Shown: positions 18,018 to 29,089, numbered from the stretch's first letter. The stretch: 31,777 nucleotides of DNA from Bdellovibrionota bacterium (GCA_044356295.1 JBIKWN010000027.1:1-31777), one strand, 5' to 3'. The notes: generated from the sequence alone by a model not told the origin. Translations and numbers: made by a program.

Positions 18018-19048
18018 TGTGTCTTATCCAGATAGTCTAGTAATAGTTTTGCATTACCAGCGGTATTATTATTTTGATAGAAAACTACTGCTTTGGTTTG
18101 TTTGCAAATATGAAAACCGATCCAGATTCTTTTTATGATAAGTGGTATTCGAGAGAAAATAGATCGAACTCCATTTTTTAAAAAGAACTCTACTACTTGT
18201 GGTAGTCCGTATCCAATTACTAGATCTCGAAATAGTAATTTTATAAGACCAAATTGTGATAAAGGTTCGATGCGACTATTTGCTTCTTTTGTAAATTGAA
18301 GAGAAACAATATCTGAAAGAGGATTATTAGAATCAGACCATTCAATAATAGATGAAAGTGGAGAGATAAGAACTTTGTCGCTTCTAGCCGTACGTTTAAA
18401 TACACGTAATTCGTTCTCTGGAATAGTGTGAAAGGAAGTATCTTTTGTGAAGCCGAGTCGAATCTTAAAAGGTATCAGTTCAACCTTGTCATGCTGTAAC
18501 GAAAGAAGCGGAGCATCATCTGAAATGAGTTTGCACGCGTTGTTTTTTAAAAGCTCCCATCCAAGTGTACTTTTGCCCCCTCCACTTGGTGCCATGCCAA
18601 GAATGGTTCTATTTTTATAATGAACTCCAAATCCATGAATTCGAAAAAAACCGTTTTTTTCAAGTTTGTCTCCTAAACGACTTAACAGAAAAAGATAGAG
18701 TTTTTCATAGATGCCATCTTGGTTATCACCCCAAAAATGAGCATGTTCTGCGGATGAATCCCAGATACAAAAAATGCCATTATTGTACTCGATAAGCTCT
18801 TCAGCGTTAGATTTTTGTCCCCGCAAGATTTTAAATTTTACCCCAGAGTTTATCCGACCTTTCTCGTCACCAAATTCATATCCTGCTGGTTGAGCTGAGG
18901 TAACGGTAACAGAGAGATCTGGTTTATTATGAGCTTCATGATTGACATCAACACCAAAGTCGAAGGAAGCTGCCTCAATGACGGATTTGTACTCGGATTC
19001 TATTCGAATATGAATACCGTGGAGTGAATATAAAAGCGTCGAAAACAC
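18014..19048 (-). CDS. HPr kinase-related P-loop protein
   Basis: IHG...APSGGGKST...ISDD arrangement typical of the HprK/PEPCK-like kinase fold. GTG start, 4-bp overlap with wzm. Confidence 0.7.
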   Translation of the reverse strand: MFSTLLYSLHGIHIRIESEYKSVIEAASFDFGVDVNHEAHNKPDLSVTVTSAQPAGYEFGDEKGRINSGVKFKILRGQKSNAEELIEYNNGIFCIWDSSAEHAHFWGDNQDGIYEKLYLFLLSRLGDKLEKNGFFRIHGFGVHYKNRTILGMAPSGGGKSTLGWELLKNNACKLISDDAPLLSLQHDKVELIPFKIRLGFTKDTSFHTIPENELRVFKRTARSDKVLISPLSSIIEWSDSNNPLSDIVSLQFTKEANSRIEPLSQFGLIKLLFRDLVIGYGLPQVVEFFLKNGVRSIFSRIPLIIKRIWIGFHICKQTKAVVFYQNNNTAGNAKLLLDYLDKTQ

Positions 19049-19077
19049 CTCGGAAGTATCACATACCTCTATTATCT

Positions 19078-19950
19078 ATGCATCCACAATTGAAGAAAGG
19101 TATATCTGTTGTGATTCCAGCCCTCAATGAGTCGCATACCATAGCTCAAACCTTGGAATCTGCTGTTGTCTGTCCAGAAATTAATGAAATTATTGTTGTT
19201 GATAACGGTTCAATAGATGGGACTGCTTTGGTTGCTCAAAAATACGGTGCCAGGATTATTGAAGTACTTCCTCGAAATCGGTCACGTGCACGAAATGCAG
19301 GTCTTATAAATGCTTCTTCCGAGATCACTCTCTTTCTCGATGCAGGAGTCACATTTGATCCATCTGCTATCTGCGCAATCATAAAACGCTTCGAGTTAGA
19401 ACCCGAGATTGCTGCAATTCAGGGAAGGATTGTACCTCGTGCGTTTCAAAATAATAATGAGCTGATTAATAATCCAATGTTCACTGATGAGATTGATTGC
19501 AATTCCCATCTTGGTGAGCGTTACACGGATACTAAAGCGCTCGCAGTGCAAACCCAAATTGCAAAAAAAATCTCAGGATTTGATGAGTGTTTAAAACGGG
19601 CTGAAGATATTGATTTTGGTTGGAGGTTGAATCTTCTCAACTATAAATTTGTACTTCAAAATAATGCAAAGTTTTATGCACAAGGTTCGTCATCAATAAG
19701 GGCTTCATTGCAAAGAGGGGCTCAAACAGCATTTGCATTAGTTGCCCTTCATGCAAAGTGGAACCCGCAGAACCGCAGAACTTTCCTCGATGTTTTTTGT
19801 TCTTTCATTATCATTGGCAAAAGACAGATTACTCATACAGAAATTCTTCCGTTTAAAGAGAGAGTATGTTCATTACTTGATGGAATGGTGACGTTTCTTT
19901 TGTATTTTTTAATAAGACCAATACGTGCTTTTAACAGGCTCTTCGCCTAA
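19078..19950 (+). CDS. GT2 glycosyltransferase
   Basis: ISVVIPALNE, IIVVDNGSIDGT, ARNAG, FLDA and GFDE...EDIDFGWRL. ATG at 19078 avoids a head-to-head overlap with the kinase gene. Confidence 0.88.
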   Translation: MHPQLKKGISVVIPALNESHTIAQTLESAVVCPEINEIIVVDNGSIDGTALVAQKYGARIIEVLPRNRSRARNAGLINASSEITLFLDAGVTFDPSAICAIIKRFELEPEIAAIQGRIVPRAFQNNNELINNPMFTDEIDCNSHLGERYTDTKALAVQTQIAKKISGFDECLKRAEDIDFGWRLNLLNYKFVLQNNAKFYAQGSSSIRASLQRGAQTAFALVALHAKWNPQNRRTFLDVFCSFIIIGKRQITHTEILPFKERVCSLLDGMVTFLLYFLIRPIRAFNRLFA

Positions 19951-20227
19951 TAGAGTGGAAACTAAACCCCCGTGACCATGACCGTAGGCGTGAGCGTGAC
20001 CGAAGAAGACTCAACAATTCATAAATTTGCTTCTCCCTATTCTTGGTTGTATTCCTAAAAAGAATAGAGATCCGGTTGACCAACTAAACATAGAGTAGCT
20101 GTAAAAATGTACCAAATTGCTTCTATGCTTTCTAAATTAATCCTGAGATAACTTCGGTCACGCTCACGCCTACGGTCATGGTCACGGGAAATCATCTTTC
20201 CACTCGAATAGGCGATGAGCCTTTTAA
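19931..20227. mobile_element. Long inverted-repeat element (about 80-bp arms, 37-bp perfect GC-rich core) enclosing a gene remnant
   Basis: CCCGTGACCATGACCGTAGGCGTGAGCGTGACCGAAG (19969-20005) is the exact reverse complement of 20152-20188. The outer arms match imperfectly. Confidence 0.7.
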
Positions 20228-20320
20228 CAATGAATCAGTTAAAAAATGAACTATTCCGCAAATTTATCACCGGTCAGAAAGTAGCTTTGATCAGTTAATC
20301 CTGTTAAAATCTGAGGTCTT

Positions 20321-21304
20321 ATGGAAGGAATATCAGTAACAGTCCCTGTATACAATGAAGAAGATAATGTTGTTGCAGGATACAACGAAATTAAAGAAGT
20401 GCTTGTCTCTACTGGCATGCGTCATGAAATCATCTATGTTGATGATGGATCGCGCGATAAAACTGTTGAGCGTTTAAGTGTACTTGCAGAAAAAGATCCT
20501 TGCCTTAAAGTGATTCAGTTTCGAAAAAACTTCGGTCAAACTGCTGCGATGGCAGCAGGTTTCGATGCAACTCAGTATGATATTGTTGTTGCTCTAGACG
20601 GCGATTTACAAAACGATCCACGCGAAATTCCCCAGATGGTTGCAAAACTAAAAGAGGGATACGACATGGTCGCTGGTTGGCGAAAAAATCGTCAGGATAC
20701 ATTCCTCAGCCGCAAACTTCCTTCAAAAATAGCTAACTGGATTATCGGTCGAACAACGAATGTAAAACTGCACGACTATGGTTGTACTTTGAAAGTTATG
20801 ACCGGAGAAGTCGCTCGTGGCATCAAACTCTACGGAGAAATGCACCGTTTTATCCCTGCACTTGCTGAGGAGTTCGGCGCAAAAATTACTGAAGTACCAG
20901 TTAATCACCGTGCTCGAATCCACGGTACATCAAAATACGGAATTTCTCGAACAATTCGTGTAGTACTTGACCTTCTTACGGTAAAATATCTTTTGGGTTA
21001 TTCAAAGCGTCCAATTCATCTTTTTGGAACTACAGGTATGCTCGCAGGCGGTTTAGGTTTCCTAACGCTTCTTTGGTTAACCTACCAAAGACTTTTTATG
21101 TCTGTACCAATGGGTAATCGTCCACTTATGATCCTTGGTGTTCTGCTTATGCTCGTTGGTTTGCAGTTTCTAGTATTTGGTATTCTTGCTGAAGTACTTG
21201 CAAGGACATACTACGAGTCTCAGAACAAAAAGATCTATGTAATCCGTAAAGTGATTACTGCAGCGGCTCCGACAGTCGTTAAAACTGCTGCAAATCTTAA
21301 TTAA
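20321..21304 (+). CDS. GT2 polyprenyl-phosphate glycosyltransferase (ArnC/GtrB/DPM-synthase-like)
   Basis: VPVYNEE, VDDGSRD, RKNFGQTAAMAAG, LDGDLQNDP, LHDYGC and GEMHRFIP, with two C-terminal TM helices. Confidence 0.93.
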   Translation: MEGISVTVPVYNEEDNVVAGYNEIKEVLVSTGMRHEIIYVDDGSRDKTVERLSVLAEKDPCLKVIQFRKNFGQTAAMAAGFDATQYDIVVALDGDLQNDPREIPQMVAKLKEGYDMVAGWRKNRQDTFLSRKLPSKIANWIIGRTTNVKLHDYGCTLKVMTGEVARGIKLYGEMHRFIPALAEEFGAKITEVPVNHRARIHGTSKYGISRTIRVVLDLLTVKYLLGYSKRPIHLFGTTGMLAGGLGFLTLLWLTYQRLFMSVPMGNRPLMILGVLLMLVGLQFLVFGILAEVLARTYYESQNKKIYVIRKVITAAAPTVVKTAANLN

Positions 21305-21397
21305 TGTAAAAGTTCTTTTGAACTTTTGTTTCTTTTTCTCTGTATGAATGTAATTCAAGCAGTAAACATTGGTGCACCGATACTGGAACATGCCCCA

Positions 21398-22483
21398 GTG
21401 CGTATTGTTAAAGTTTTATTTGATGCTCGTAAAATCGAAGATGGTGGTATTGGAATGTATATCCGGAACCTTCTTTCGGGCTTACGAACTACTGCTTCGA
21501 TTGAAATTACTGCAATTGTAAAACCTGGTGAAGAGTCAGTTGCTCTTGCTGCTGGCGCAGATAAAGCGCTTCCATGCTCGGTTCCGTTGTATTCTAGAGC
21601 GGAGCTGTTTTCTCTTTCGAAGCTGTTTAAATTTTCTGAATATGATGTCTTCCATACACCGCATTTTGTATTGCCGTATGGAATCTCTATACCGACAGTG
21701 GTTACCATTCACGATATAATTCAGATCACGCATCCTGAAAAGTTTTTTTATCCCTATATCGCAAAGATGCTGCTGCGTTCCGCATTAAAAAGAGCTACGA
21801 AAGTTCTTACGGTAAGTGAATCAACGAAACGTCAATTACTTTCACTGTCTCCAAACTCTGAGCAGAAAATTGAGGTTATTCCAAATGCGGTTGATCCCCA
21901 GTTTTACCTCATTGATAAAGCTTCACCTCCTTCAGTTGGCGGTGATTTTCTCTTGTCTATTTTTTCAAATACAAAACCTCATAAAGGTTTTGAAGATTTA
22001 CTTGCAGCATTTAAAATTTTCAAAGATAAAACTAATTCTCCCTCGAAGCTTGTTCTTGCTGGGCTTGGGATTGAAGGCAAGACGCTTCCCACAAACTTAC
22101 AACACCCTGATATCGTATGTATTGGAGCCGTAACGCAGTCACAGCTCAAATATTTACTTCGTTATGCAAAAGCTCTTGTCGTTCCAAGTAAAGCCGAAGG
22201 TTTTTGTTTGCCAGTTATTGAAGCGCAAGCGTGTGGAACATCTGTTATTGCTCGTCCTGCACCAGCAGTACTTGAACTTATGACGACCAATGATCATGTG
22301 TGCAAAGATTTCAGTGTTGAATCACTGTCGAATGGACTCTCTGATTTTCTTACAAAACGTGCCGAAGCTCCGGATCTACTAGAGCGAGGCGTTCCACTTT
22401 CACATATGCAACGGTTTGATAGGGCAGAAGTGAGTCACGCACTTGCTTCCTGTTATCAAACAATTGTAGGAGCTTCTGCATGA
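21398..22483 (+). CDS. GT4 glycosyltransferase (MtfB-like); start uncertain (21326-21398)
   Basis: FDAR..GGIGMY, VVTIHD and PSKAEGFCLPVIEAQACG. Confidence 0.9.
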   Translation: MRIVKVLFDARKIEDGGIGMYIRNLLSGLRTTASIEITAIVKPGEESVALAAGADKALPCSVPLYSRAELFSLSKLFKFSEYDVFHTPHFVLPYGISIPTVVTIHDIIQITHPEKFFYPYIAKMLLRSALKRATKVLTVSESTKRQLLSLSPNSEQKIEVIPNAVDPQFYLIDKASPPSVGGDFLLSIFSNTKPHKGFEDLLAAFKIFKDKTNSPSKLVLAGLGIEGKTLPTNLQHPDIVCIGAVTQSQLKYLLRYAKALVVPSKAEGFCLPVIEAQACGTSVIARPAPAVLELMTTNDHVCKDFSVESLSNGLSDFLTKRAEAPDLLERGVPLSHMQRFDRAEVSHALASCYQTIVGASA

Positions 22484-23595
22484 AAGTTGCTCTAGTCCAT
22501 GATTGGTTAACTGGACTACGGGGCGGAGAGCGATGTTTGCTTGAGTTTTTAAAAATTTTTCCTGATGCTGATATCCTGACCTTAATTCATTTGAAGGGAA
22601 AAACTGATATTGCGATCGATGATCGAGTGAAGCAACAAAGTTTTCTTGGTTCTCTGCCCCAAATAGAGAACTACTATCGTTACTTACTTCCAATTTTTCC
22701 TCTTGCCGCTTCAACGTTGAACCTCAATGGGTATGATCTGGTAATTTGTTTGAGTCATGCAGTTGCAAAAAATGTAACTGTGCCTGAACAAACATTAAAA
22801 ATCTGTTACTGTTTTACTCCGATGAGGTATATCTGGGATCAAGCTGATCAATATTTCGGAAAACACACTACTCTTTTGCAACCAATTCTTGCATCACTCC
22901 GTTCTTGGGATAAACGTGGTGCAGTTTCAGTAAATCGATTTATTGCAATTAGTAAATTCATCAAAGCACGCATTCGACTTTTTTATGGCAGATCGTCTGA
23001 TGTGATTTATCCACCAGTTCGTACTGATTGGATTCGTCCAATCGTTAAACATAAAATAGGAGATGCATTTCTCTATGCTGGTGCATTAGTTCCCTATAAA
23101 CGCCCCGATGTCGTTGTTGATACTTTCAATAAGCTTGGTTTGTCACTTGTTGTTGCAGGCAGTGGTCCAATGGAAGCAGAGCTAAAAAATAAAAGTAAAA
23201 GTAATATTATTTTTACTGGTGCTGTTTCAGACTCAGAGATGTCTGAGCTTTACAGAAATGCTCGTGCGCTTGTTTTTCCTGCTATTGAAGATTTTGGTAT
23301 GATTCCTGTTGAAATACAGGCTGCAGGAAGACCAGTGATTGGGTTTGATAGAGGCGGGCTTCGAGAGAGTGTCATCGGAGTTCGAATCGGAGAAAAAATC
23401 CCTGAGGATGCTACAGGAGTTTTTCTTTCGTCTCGAGCTGAAAACCCATCAGATGAACTGAAGCGCGGGATAGAATTTTTCCTTGCGCATGAGCAATCAT
23501 TTTTGCCAGCATCTTGTATTAAGCAAGCGTCTCGGTTTGCACCAGACCGATTTGCAACTGAAATTAAAGCTCTTATCGGTACTCTTTATGCTTAA
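22480..23595 (+). CDS. GT4 glycosyltransferase (WbaZ-like)
   Basis: MKVALVHDWLTGLRGGE, YCFTPMRYIWD and EDFGMIPVEIQAAGRPVI. Confidence 0.92.
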   Translation: MKVALVHDWLTGLRGGERCLLEFLKIFPDADILTLIHLKGKTDIAIDDRVKQQSFLGSLPQIENYYRYLLPIFPLAASTLNLNGYDLVICLSHAVAKNVTVPEQTLKICYCFTPMRYIWDQADQYFGKHTTLLQPILASLRSWDKRGAVSVNRFIAISKFIKARIRLFYGRSSDVIYPPVRTDWIRPIVKHKIGDAFLYAGALVPYKRPDVVVDTFNKLGLSLVVAGSGPMEAELKNKSKSNIIFTGAVSDSEMSELYRNARALVFPAIEDFGMIPVEIQAAGRPVIGFDRGGLRESVIGVRIGEKIPEDATGVFLSSRAENPSDELKRGIEFFLAHEQSFLPASCIKQASRFAPDRFATEIKALIGTLYA

Positions 23596-24991
23596 AGAAA
23601 AACGACGTGCATTTGAGATCCTGTTTGTTGGGGCTGACCTTGTCGTTGTAACGCTTGCCTGGTTTGTCTCATATTGGCTTCGTTTCCAAACTGATCTTGT
23701 TGAAATTGACAAAGGAATTCCAGATTTTAGTAACTACGCTTCAATGACAATCGTTATATGGTTTATTTGGGCGACTGTTTTTCGTCAAACGGGTTTGTAT
23801 CAACCGATGCGAGGCAGCCGTCGAACCAAAGAAGTTTTAATGCTTTTTAATGGTAATGCTCTAGCGCTACTATTGTTTATCTCTTTTACATTTCTTGTTC
23901 GAGAAAAAAGTATTCCATTTTCACGACTGGTATTCGTTTACTTTGGTGTTTTATCTGTTCTTTTTACAGTCATTGAACGATCGGTTTTAAGAAAATTATT
24001 AAAAGAAGTTCGCCGAAGAGGATATAACCTTCGCTATATGTTGATCGTTGGTGCAGGAAAAGTTGCACAAGATGTTGCACATCGAGTCAGGACTCATTCA
24101 GATATGGGGTTTCAGCTTGTCGGTTGCTTATCTGCTGATGGCACAACGGTTGATTCCAATGACAAGCTTACTATTGTTGGGAAATATAACGAGTTAAAAA
24201 CTATCATAAAAAAACGAGAAATTGATCAGGTTATCATGGCACTTCCTTTAGAAGATAATAAGGAATTGCCAAATTTACTCGGACAACTGAGGGACTCAAC
24301 AGTTGATGTAAAAATTATTCCTGACCTTTATCAATTTATCTCTGTAGGCGGTTCGATAGATGATTTTGAAGGACTGCCAATTATCAACCTGCAAGAAAGC
24401 CCTCTGGAAGGATTTCAACTTTTTTCAAAAAGAATACTTGATATTGTCATAAGTAGTATAAGCCTTGTCGTCCTATCACCACTTTTTTTAATTCTTGCAA
24501 TCTTAGTTCGTTGTAATGGAAAAGGGCCGATCCTTTATACGCAAGAGCGAATGAGTGTCGATGGTTTTTCATTCTCAATTTTGAAATTTCGCACGATGAG
24601 AGTCGATGCAGAAGAATCGGGTCCAGGATGGACTACTAAAAACGACAATCGAGTAACTAAAATTGGGGCATTCCTTCGAAAGTATTCTTTAGATGAATTA
24701 CCACAGCTTTGGAATGTGCTTATGGGAGATATGTCAATAGTTGGACCAAGACCAGAGCGCCCTGTTTTTATCGAAGAATTTAGAAAAAATATCCCTAGTT
24801 ACATGCTTAGGCATAAGGTACCTGCCGGAATTACCGGTTGGGCTCAAGTAAATGGCTGGAGAGGTGATACCTCCATCGACAAACGCCTTGAGTATGATTT
24901 ATATTATATCCGAAATTGGTCGCTGTTTTTTGACCTAAAAATACTGGTTTTAACAGTCCTTAAAAGTCTTCGCGACAAAAACGCGTACTGA
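23588..24991 (+). CDS. Undecaprenyl-phosphate glucose phosphotransferase (WcaJ-like initiating PGT)
   Basis: N-terminal TMs, CoA-binding-like LIVGAG, KFRTM, SLDELPQLWNV, GDMSIVGPRPER and GITGWAQVNG. ATG at 23588 overlaps the upstream gene's end. Confidence 0.93.
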   Translation: MLKEKRRAFEILFVGADLVVVTLAWFVSYWLRFQTDLVEIDKGIPDFSNYASMTIVIWFIWATVFRQTGLYQPMRGSRRTKEVLMLFNGNALALLLFISFTFLVREKSIPFSRLVFVYFGVLSVLFTVIERSVLRKLLKEVRRRGYNLRYMLIVGAGKVAQDVAHRVRTHSDMGFQLVGCLSADGTTVDSNDKLTIVGKYNELKTIIKKREIDQVIMALPLEDNKELPNLLGQLRDSTVDVKIIPDLYQFISVGGSIDDFEGLPIINLQESPLEGFQLFSKRILDIVISSISLVVLSPLFLILAILVRCNGKGPILYTQERMSVDGFSFSILKFRTMRVDAEESGPGWTTKNDNRVTKIGAFLRKYSLDELPQLWNVLMGDMSIVGPRPERPVFIEEFRKNIPSYMLRHKVPAGITGWAQVNGWRGDTSIDKRLEYDLYYIRNWSLFFDLKILVLTVLKSLRDKNAY

Positions 24992-25016
24992 TTCGTTATA
25001 GTAATAGGAATAAAAT

Positions 25017-26339
25017 ATGGAAATTGCTGTCGTTGGCTCAGGTTATGTTGGTTTAGTTGCAGGTGCTTGTTTCGCTGAAACAGGAAACGATGTTATCTGC
25101 GTGGATATTGATGAGAAAAAAGTTGCACGCCTTAAAAAAGGTGATGTTCCTATCTATGAGCCTGGTCTAGAAGACCTCCTCAAGCGAAATCAAAAAGAGG
25201 GGCGTTTAACATTCACTACTGATCTTGATGCAGCAGTGAAGGCGTCTAAAATAATTTTTATTGCTGTTGGTACTCCTCAAGACGAGGATGGTTCTGCAGA
25301 TCTTACGCACGTTCTTTCTGTTGCTGAAGGTATTGGTAAGGCGATGAATGAGCCTAAGATTATTGTTGATAAATCTACAGTGCCTGTTGGTACTGCGAAA
25401 CTTGTAAAAGAAAAAGCTCAATCATTTACCAAATTTGAAGTTGATGTTGTTTCGAACCCTGAGTTCTTAAAAGAAGGGGCTGCAATTGATGACTTTATGA
25501 AACCTGACCGTGTTGTTGTTGGTGTATCTTCTGAAAAAGCGGGACGTGCCATGAGAGAATTATATTCTCCATTTGTACGTACCAATAAACCAATTCTTGT
25601 CATGGATGTTTTATCTGCAGAGATGACAAAATATGCTGCAAACGCAATGTTGGCTCTTCGTGTATCGTTTATGAATGAAGTAGCCAATCTGTGTGAGAAA
25701 AGTGGCGCAAATATAAATCATGTACGTGTTGGTATTGGAACAGACGAGCGAATTGGGATGAGTTTCTTGTTCCCTGGATGCGGCTACGGCGGCTCGTGTT
25801 TCCCAAAAGATGTTCAGGCACTTATTAACACTGGCAAAACGTTTGGCATGAACATGTCGATTCCAATTGCTGTAGAAGAAGTTAATAAAGAACAAAAGTT
25901 ATCAATAGTTAAAAAAGTTATTTCTCAGTACGGTGAAAACCTCACGGGGAAAACTTTTGCAATGTGGGGCTTGGCGTTTAAACCAAAAACAGATGATACG
26001 CGTGAAGCACCCGCTATTACTATTATTAGTGAGCTTGTAAAGCGTGGAGCAAAAATTCAAGCATTCGATCCAGAAGCTATCGAAAGTTTCAAAGAGAGAA
26101 TGGGTGATAATAAACACGTTTCTTATCTTGATAACAATTACGATGCACTTAAAGGTGCTGATGCACTTATTGTCTGTACCGAGTGGAATGCATTTCGCCA
26201 ACCTAATTTTGAAAAAATTAAAAAAACGCTTAAGACTCCAACTATTTTTGATGGAAGAAATATCTATACCCGTGATGATATGACTCAGTACGGATTTACG
26301 TATTACAGCATTGGACGTCCTCCAGTGAATGCAGGATAA
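25017..26339 (+). CDS. ugd: UDP-glucose 6-dehydrogenase
   Basis: GSGYVG, KSTVPVGT, SNPEFLKEG, GYGGSCFPKD and GLAFKPKTDD. Confidence 0.96.
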   Translation: MEIAVVGSGYVGLVAGACFAETGNDVICVDIDEKKVARLKKGDVPIYEPGLEDLLKRNQKEGRLTFTTDLDAAVKASKIIFIAVGTPQDEDGSADLTHVLSVAEGIGKAMNEPKIIVDKSTVPVGTAKLVKEKAQSFTKFEVDVVSNPEFLKEGAAIDDFMKPDRVVVGVSSEKAGRAMRELYSPFVRTNKPILVMDVLSAEMTKYAANAMLALRVSFMNEVANLCEKSGANINHVRVGIGTDERIGMSFLFPGCGYGGSCFPKDVQALINTGKTFGMNMSIPIAVEEVNKEQKLSIVKKVISQYGENLTGKTFAMWGLAFKPKTDDTREAPAITIISELVKRGAKIQAFDPEAIESFKERMGDNKHVSYLDNNYDALKGADALIVCTEWNAFRQPNFEKIKKTLKTPTIFDGRNIYTRDDMTQYGFTYYSIGRPPVNAG

Positions 26340-26342
26340 ATT

Positions 26343-27284
26343 ATGAAACGAATCGCGATTACCGGAGGAGCTGGATTTATAGGCTCACATTTAACTGATG
26401 AACTTTTGGCTCAGGGCAATGAAGTTATTGTTGTTGATAATCTCTTTACTGGGACAAAGAAAAATTTTGAACGACACCTCGGTAATCCTCGATTTGAGTT
26501 TATTCGCCACGACGTGATTGAGCCTCTTTTTCTTGAAGTAGAAGAGATCTATCACTTAGCATGTCCTGCTTCGCCTATTCATTATCAACATAATCCAGTT
26601 AAAACAATTAAGACCAATGTTTTAGGGACTATTAATACATTGGGTCTTGCAAAAAGAGTTGATTCTAAATTTTTGTTAGCTTCAACCTCTGAAATTTATG
26701 GTGATCCATTAGAGCACCCACAGAAAGAAACGTATTGGGGTAACGTCAATACGATTGGTCCACGCTCTTGTTACGATGAAGGTAAAAGAGTTGCTGAAAC
26801 ATTGACATACAACTACATGGGACAAGAACGTGCGGTTGATGCAAAAATTATCCGAATTTTTAATACGTATGGTCCACGAATGCTTTTCAATGATGGACGT
26901 GTTGTTTCTAATTTTATCGTTCAAGCATTAAAAGGCGAGGATATTACCATTTACGGCGAAGGATTACAGACACGGTCGTTTTGTTTTGTAGATGATCTTG
27001 TAAAAGGTATTATCGCTGCAATGAACTGTGATGGTAAAAATGGACCATGGAATCTTGGAAATCCAAACGAGATGACTATTCTTGATGCTGCTCAACTAGT
27101 TATTTCTCTCACAGGGAGCAAATCAAAATTAGTTTTCAAGGCCCTTCCTAAAGATGATCCAATGAGACGTCAGCCCGATATTACAAAAGCCAAAACTGAA
27201 CTTGGATGGATACCGAAGATTAATTTTGAAGAAGGTCTGAAAAAAACAATTGCAGACTTTGACAGTCGGTTGCGTGCAGAGTGA
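26343..27284 (+). CDS. UDP-glucuronate decarboxylase (UDP-xylose synthase-like SDR)
   Basis: [39 protein letters not shown] and [10 protein letters not shown]. Confidence 0.93.
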   Translation: MKRIAITGGAGFIGSHLTDELLAQGNEVIVVDNLFTGTKKNFERHLGNPRFEFIRHDVIEPLFLEVEEIYHLACPASPIHYQHNPVKTIKTNVLGTINTLGLAKRVDSKFLLASTSEIYGDPLEHPQKETYWGNVNTIGPRSCYDEGKRVAETLTYNYMGQERAVDAKIIRIFNTYGPRMLFNDGRVVSNFIVQALKGEDITIYGEGLQTRSFCFVDDLVKGIIAAMNCDGKNGPWNLGNPNEMTILDAAQLVISLTGSKSKLVFKALPKDDPMRRQPDITKAKTELGWIPKINFEEGLKKTIADFDSRLRAE

Positions 27285-29080
27285 ATCGAGATTTAATTAG
27301 AAACTTCAGCATTATTGCCCATATTGATCATGGTAAGTCGACCCTTGCCGATCGTTTACTTGAGTATACTGGTGCCTTAGAAGCACGAGAAATGCAAAGT
27401 CAGTTTTTAGATAAACTAGACCTCGAGCGTGAGCGCGGTATTACGATTAAAGCTCAAACTGTTCGCTTAAGTTATAAAGCAAAAGATGGCAAAACATATC
27501 AATTGCATCTGATTGATACACCGGGTCATGTCGATTTTCACTATGAAGTCAGTAGAAGTTTAGCTGCTTGTGAAGGGGCATTACTTGTTGTTGATGCTTC
27601 ACAAGGAGTAGAGGCGCAAACACTTGCAAACGTTTACATGGCAATTGAAAACGATCTTGATATCGTTCCTGTCATAAATAAAGTTGACCTTCCAAGTGCT
27701 GATGTTGAACGAGTAAAAGCAGAGATTGAATCAGTCATTGGTCTTGATGCAACTGAAGCTGTGCAAATCAGTGCAAAAACAGGACTCAATATTGGGGATG
27801 TTTTAGAAGCTATCGTTACAAAGATCTCTCCTCCTAAAAGAGGTGATTTTTCAAAACCGCTCCGAGCCCTTGTATATGATTCTTGGTTTGATTCATATCT
27901 AGGTGCAGTCGTTCAAATGCGAGTAATAGATGGATCGATTCGCCCAGGGGAGCGTATCAAGCTTTCGAGTACTGGTGCTGAATATGAAGTCTATAAGTTA
28001 GGGGTTTTTAATCCACATCCTGTTGAAGTTGCACAGCTTGAAAGTGGAGAAGTAGGATATTTTAGTGCTTCAATTAAAGATCTTAGAGATATAAAAATCG
28101 GTGATACCGTAACCTCTGCTAAGGCTGTAATTACTGATCCTCTGCCTGGATTTAAAGAAGTAAAGCCGATGGTATTTGGCGGTCTTTTTCCAGTCGATGC
28201 TGCTGATTACGGTGACCTGCGTGGTGCACTAGAGAAACTCTCGATTAATGATGCTTCGTTTACTTTTGAACCTGAATCTTCAGCTGCCCTTGGATTTGGA
28301 TTTCGGTGTGGATATTTAGGACTGCTCCATATGGAGATTATCCGTGAGCGTTTAGAACGTGAATTTTTGCTCTCACTTATTTCTACTGCCCCTTCGGTTG
28401 TCTATAAAGTTTTAACGGTAACCGGTGAATTGCTGCATGTTGAAACGCCAAATAAACTTCCTCCAACAACTGAGATTGAAACAATCTCAGAGCCAATCGT
28501 CAGCGCAACGATTCATTGCCCGAAGGAATATGTTGGTAATGTATTAAAAATCTGTGAAGAAAAACGTGGTCGTCAGGAGTCCATGAACTTTCACGGTGAG
28601 CGTGCAGTGATCATATACGCCCTTCCTCTTAATGAAATTGTTATGGATTTCCATGATAAGTTGAAAAGTTATACGAAAGGGTATGCTTCATTCGATTACG
28701 AGGTGAAAGAATATCAACCATCTGATCTTGTAAAACTTGATATTAAATTAAATGGTGAAAACGTTGATGCACTTTCCATAATTGTTCACCGAGAGAAAGC
28801 GTATCCACGTGGTAAAGAGTTAACTGAAAAACTCGAAGAATTAATCGACCGTCAGATGTATGATGTTGCAATTCAAGCCGCGATTGGTGGAAAGATAATT
28901 GCCCGAAGTACAGTCAAAGCTCTACGAAAAAACGTTATAGCAAAATGCTATGGTGGTGATATTTCTCGAAAAAGAAAACTTCTTGATAAGCAGAAAGAGG
29001 GAAAGAAAAGAATGAAACAGGTAGGAAAAGTTTCAATCCCTCAAGAAGCTTTCTTGGCAGTACTCAAGATTTCGTCGTAA
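27281..29080 (+). CDS. lepA: Elongation factor 4 (LepA)
   Basis: [31 protein letters not shown] and [14 protein letters not shown]. Confidence 0.98.
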   Translation: MNRDLIRNFSIIAHIDHGKSTLADRLLEYTGALEAREMQSQFLDKLDLERERGITIKAQTVRLSYKAKDGKTYQLHLIDTPGHVDFHYEVSRSLAACEGALLVVDASQGVEAQTLANVYMAIENDLDIVPVINKVDLPSADVERVKAEIESVIGLDATEAVQISAKTGLNIGDVLEAIVTKISPPKRGDFSKPLRALVYDSWFDSYLGAVVQMRVIDGSIRPGERIKLSSTGAEYEVYKLGVFNPHPVEVAQLESGEVGYFSASIKDLRDIKIGDTVTSAKAVITDPLPGFKEVKPMVFGGLFPVDAADYGDLRGALEKLSINDASFTFEPESSAALGFGFRCGYLGLLHMEIIRERLEREFLLSLISTAPSVVYKVLTVTGELLHVETPNKLPPTTEIETISEPIVSATIHCPKEYVGNVLKICEEKRGRQESMNFHGERAVIIYALPLNEIVMDFHDKLKSYTKGYASFDYEVKEYQPSDLVKLDIKLNGENVDALSIIVHREKAYPRGKELTEKLEELIDRQMYDVAIQAAIGGKIIARSTVKALRKNVIAKCYGGDISRKRKLLDKQKEGKKRMKQVGKVSIPQEAFLAVLKISS

Positions 29081-29089
29081 CATGAATGA

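Noticed and set aside
19024..19077. Head-to-head overlap of the GT2 and kinase genes
   Set aside because: The overlap disappears with ATG 19078, which is closer to the GT2 domain start.
19969..20188. 37-bp repeat as a CRISPR repeat or tRNA
   Set aside because: Only two copies, inverted, with a 146-bp spacer. No cas genes and no cloverleaf.
23483..23587. N-terminal extension of the WcaJ-like ORF given in the track
   Set aside because: It would overlap the upstream GT4 by over 100 bp. ATG at 23588 gives a normal coupled start.
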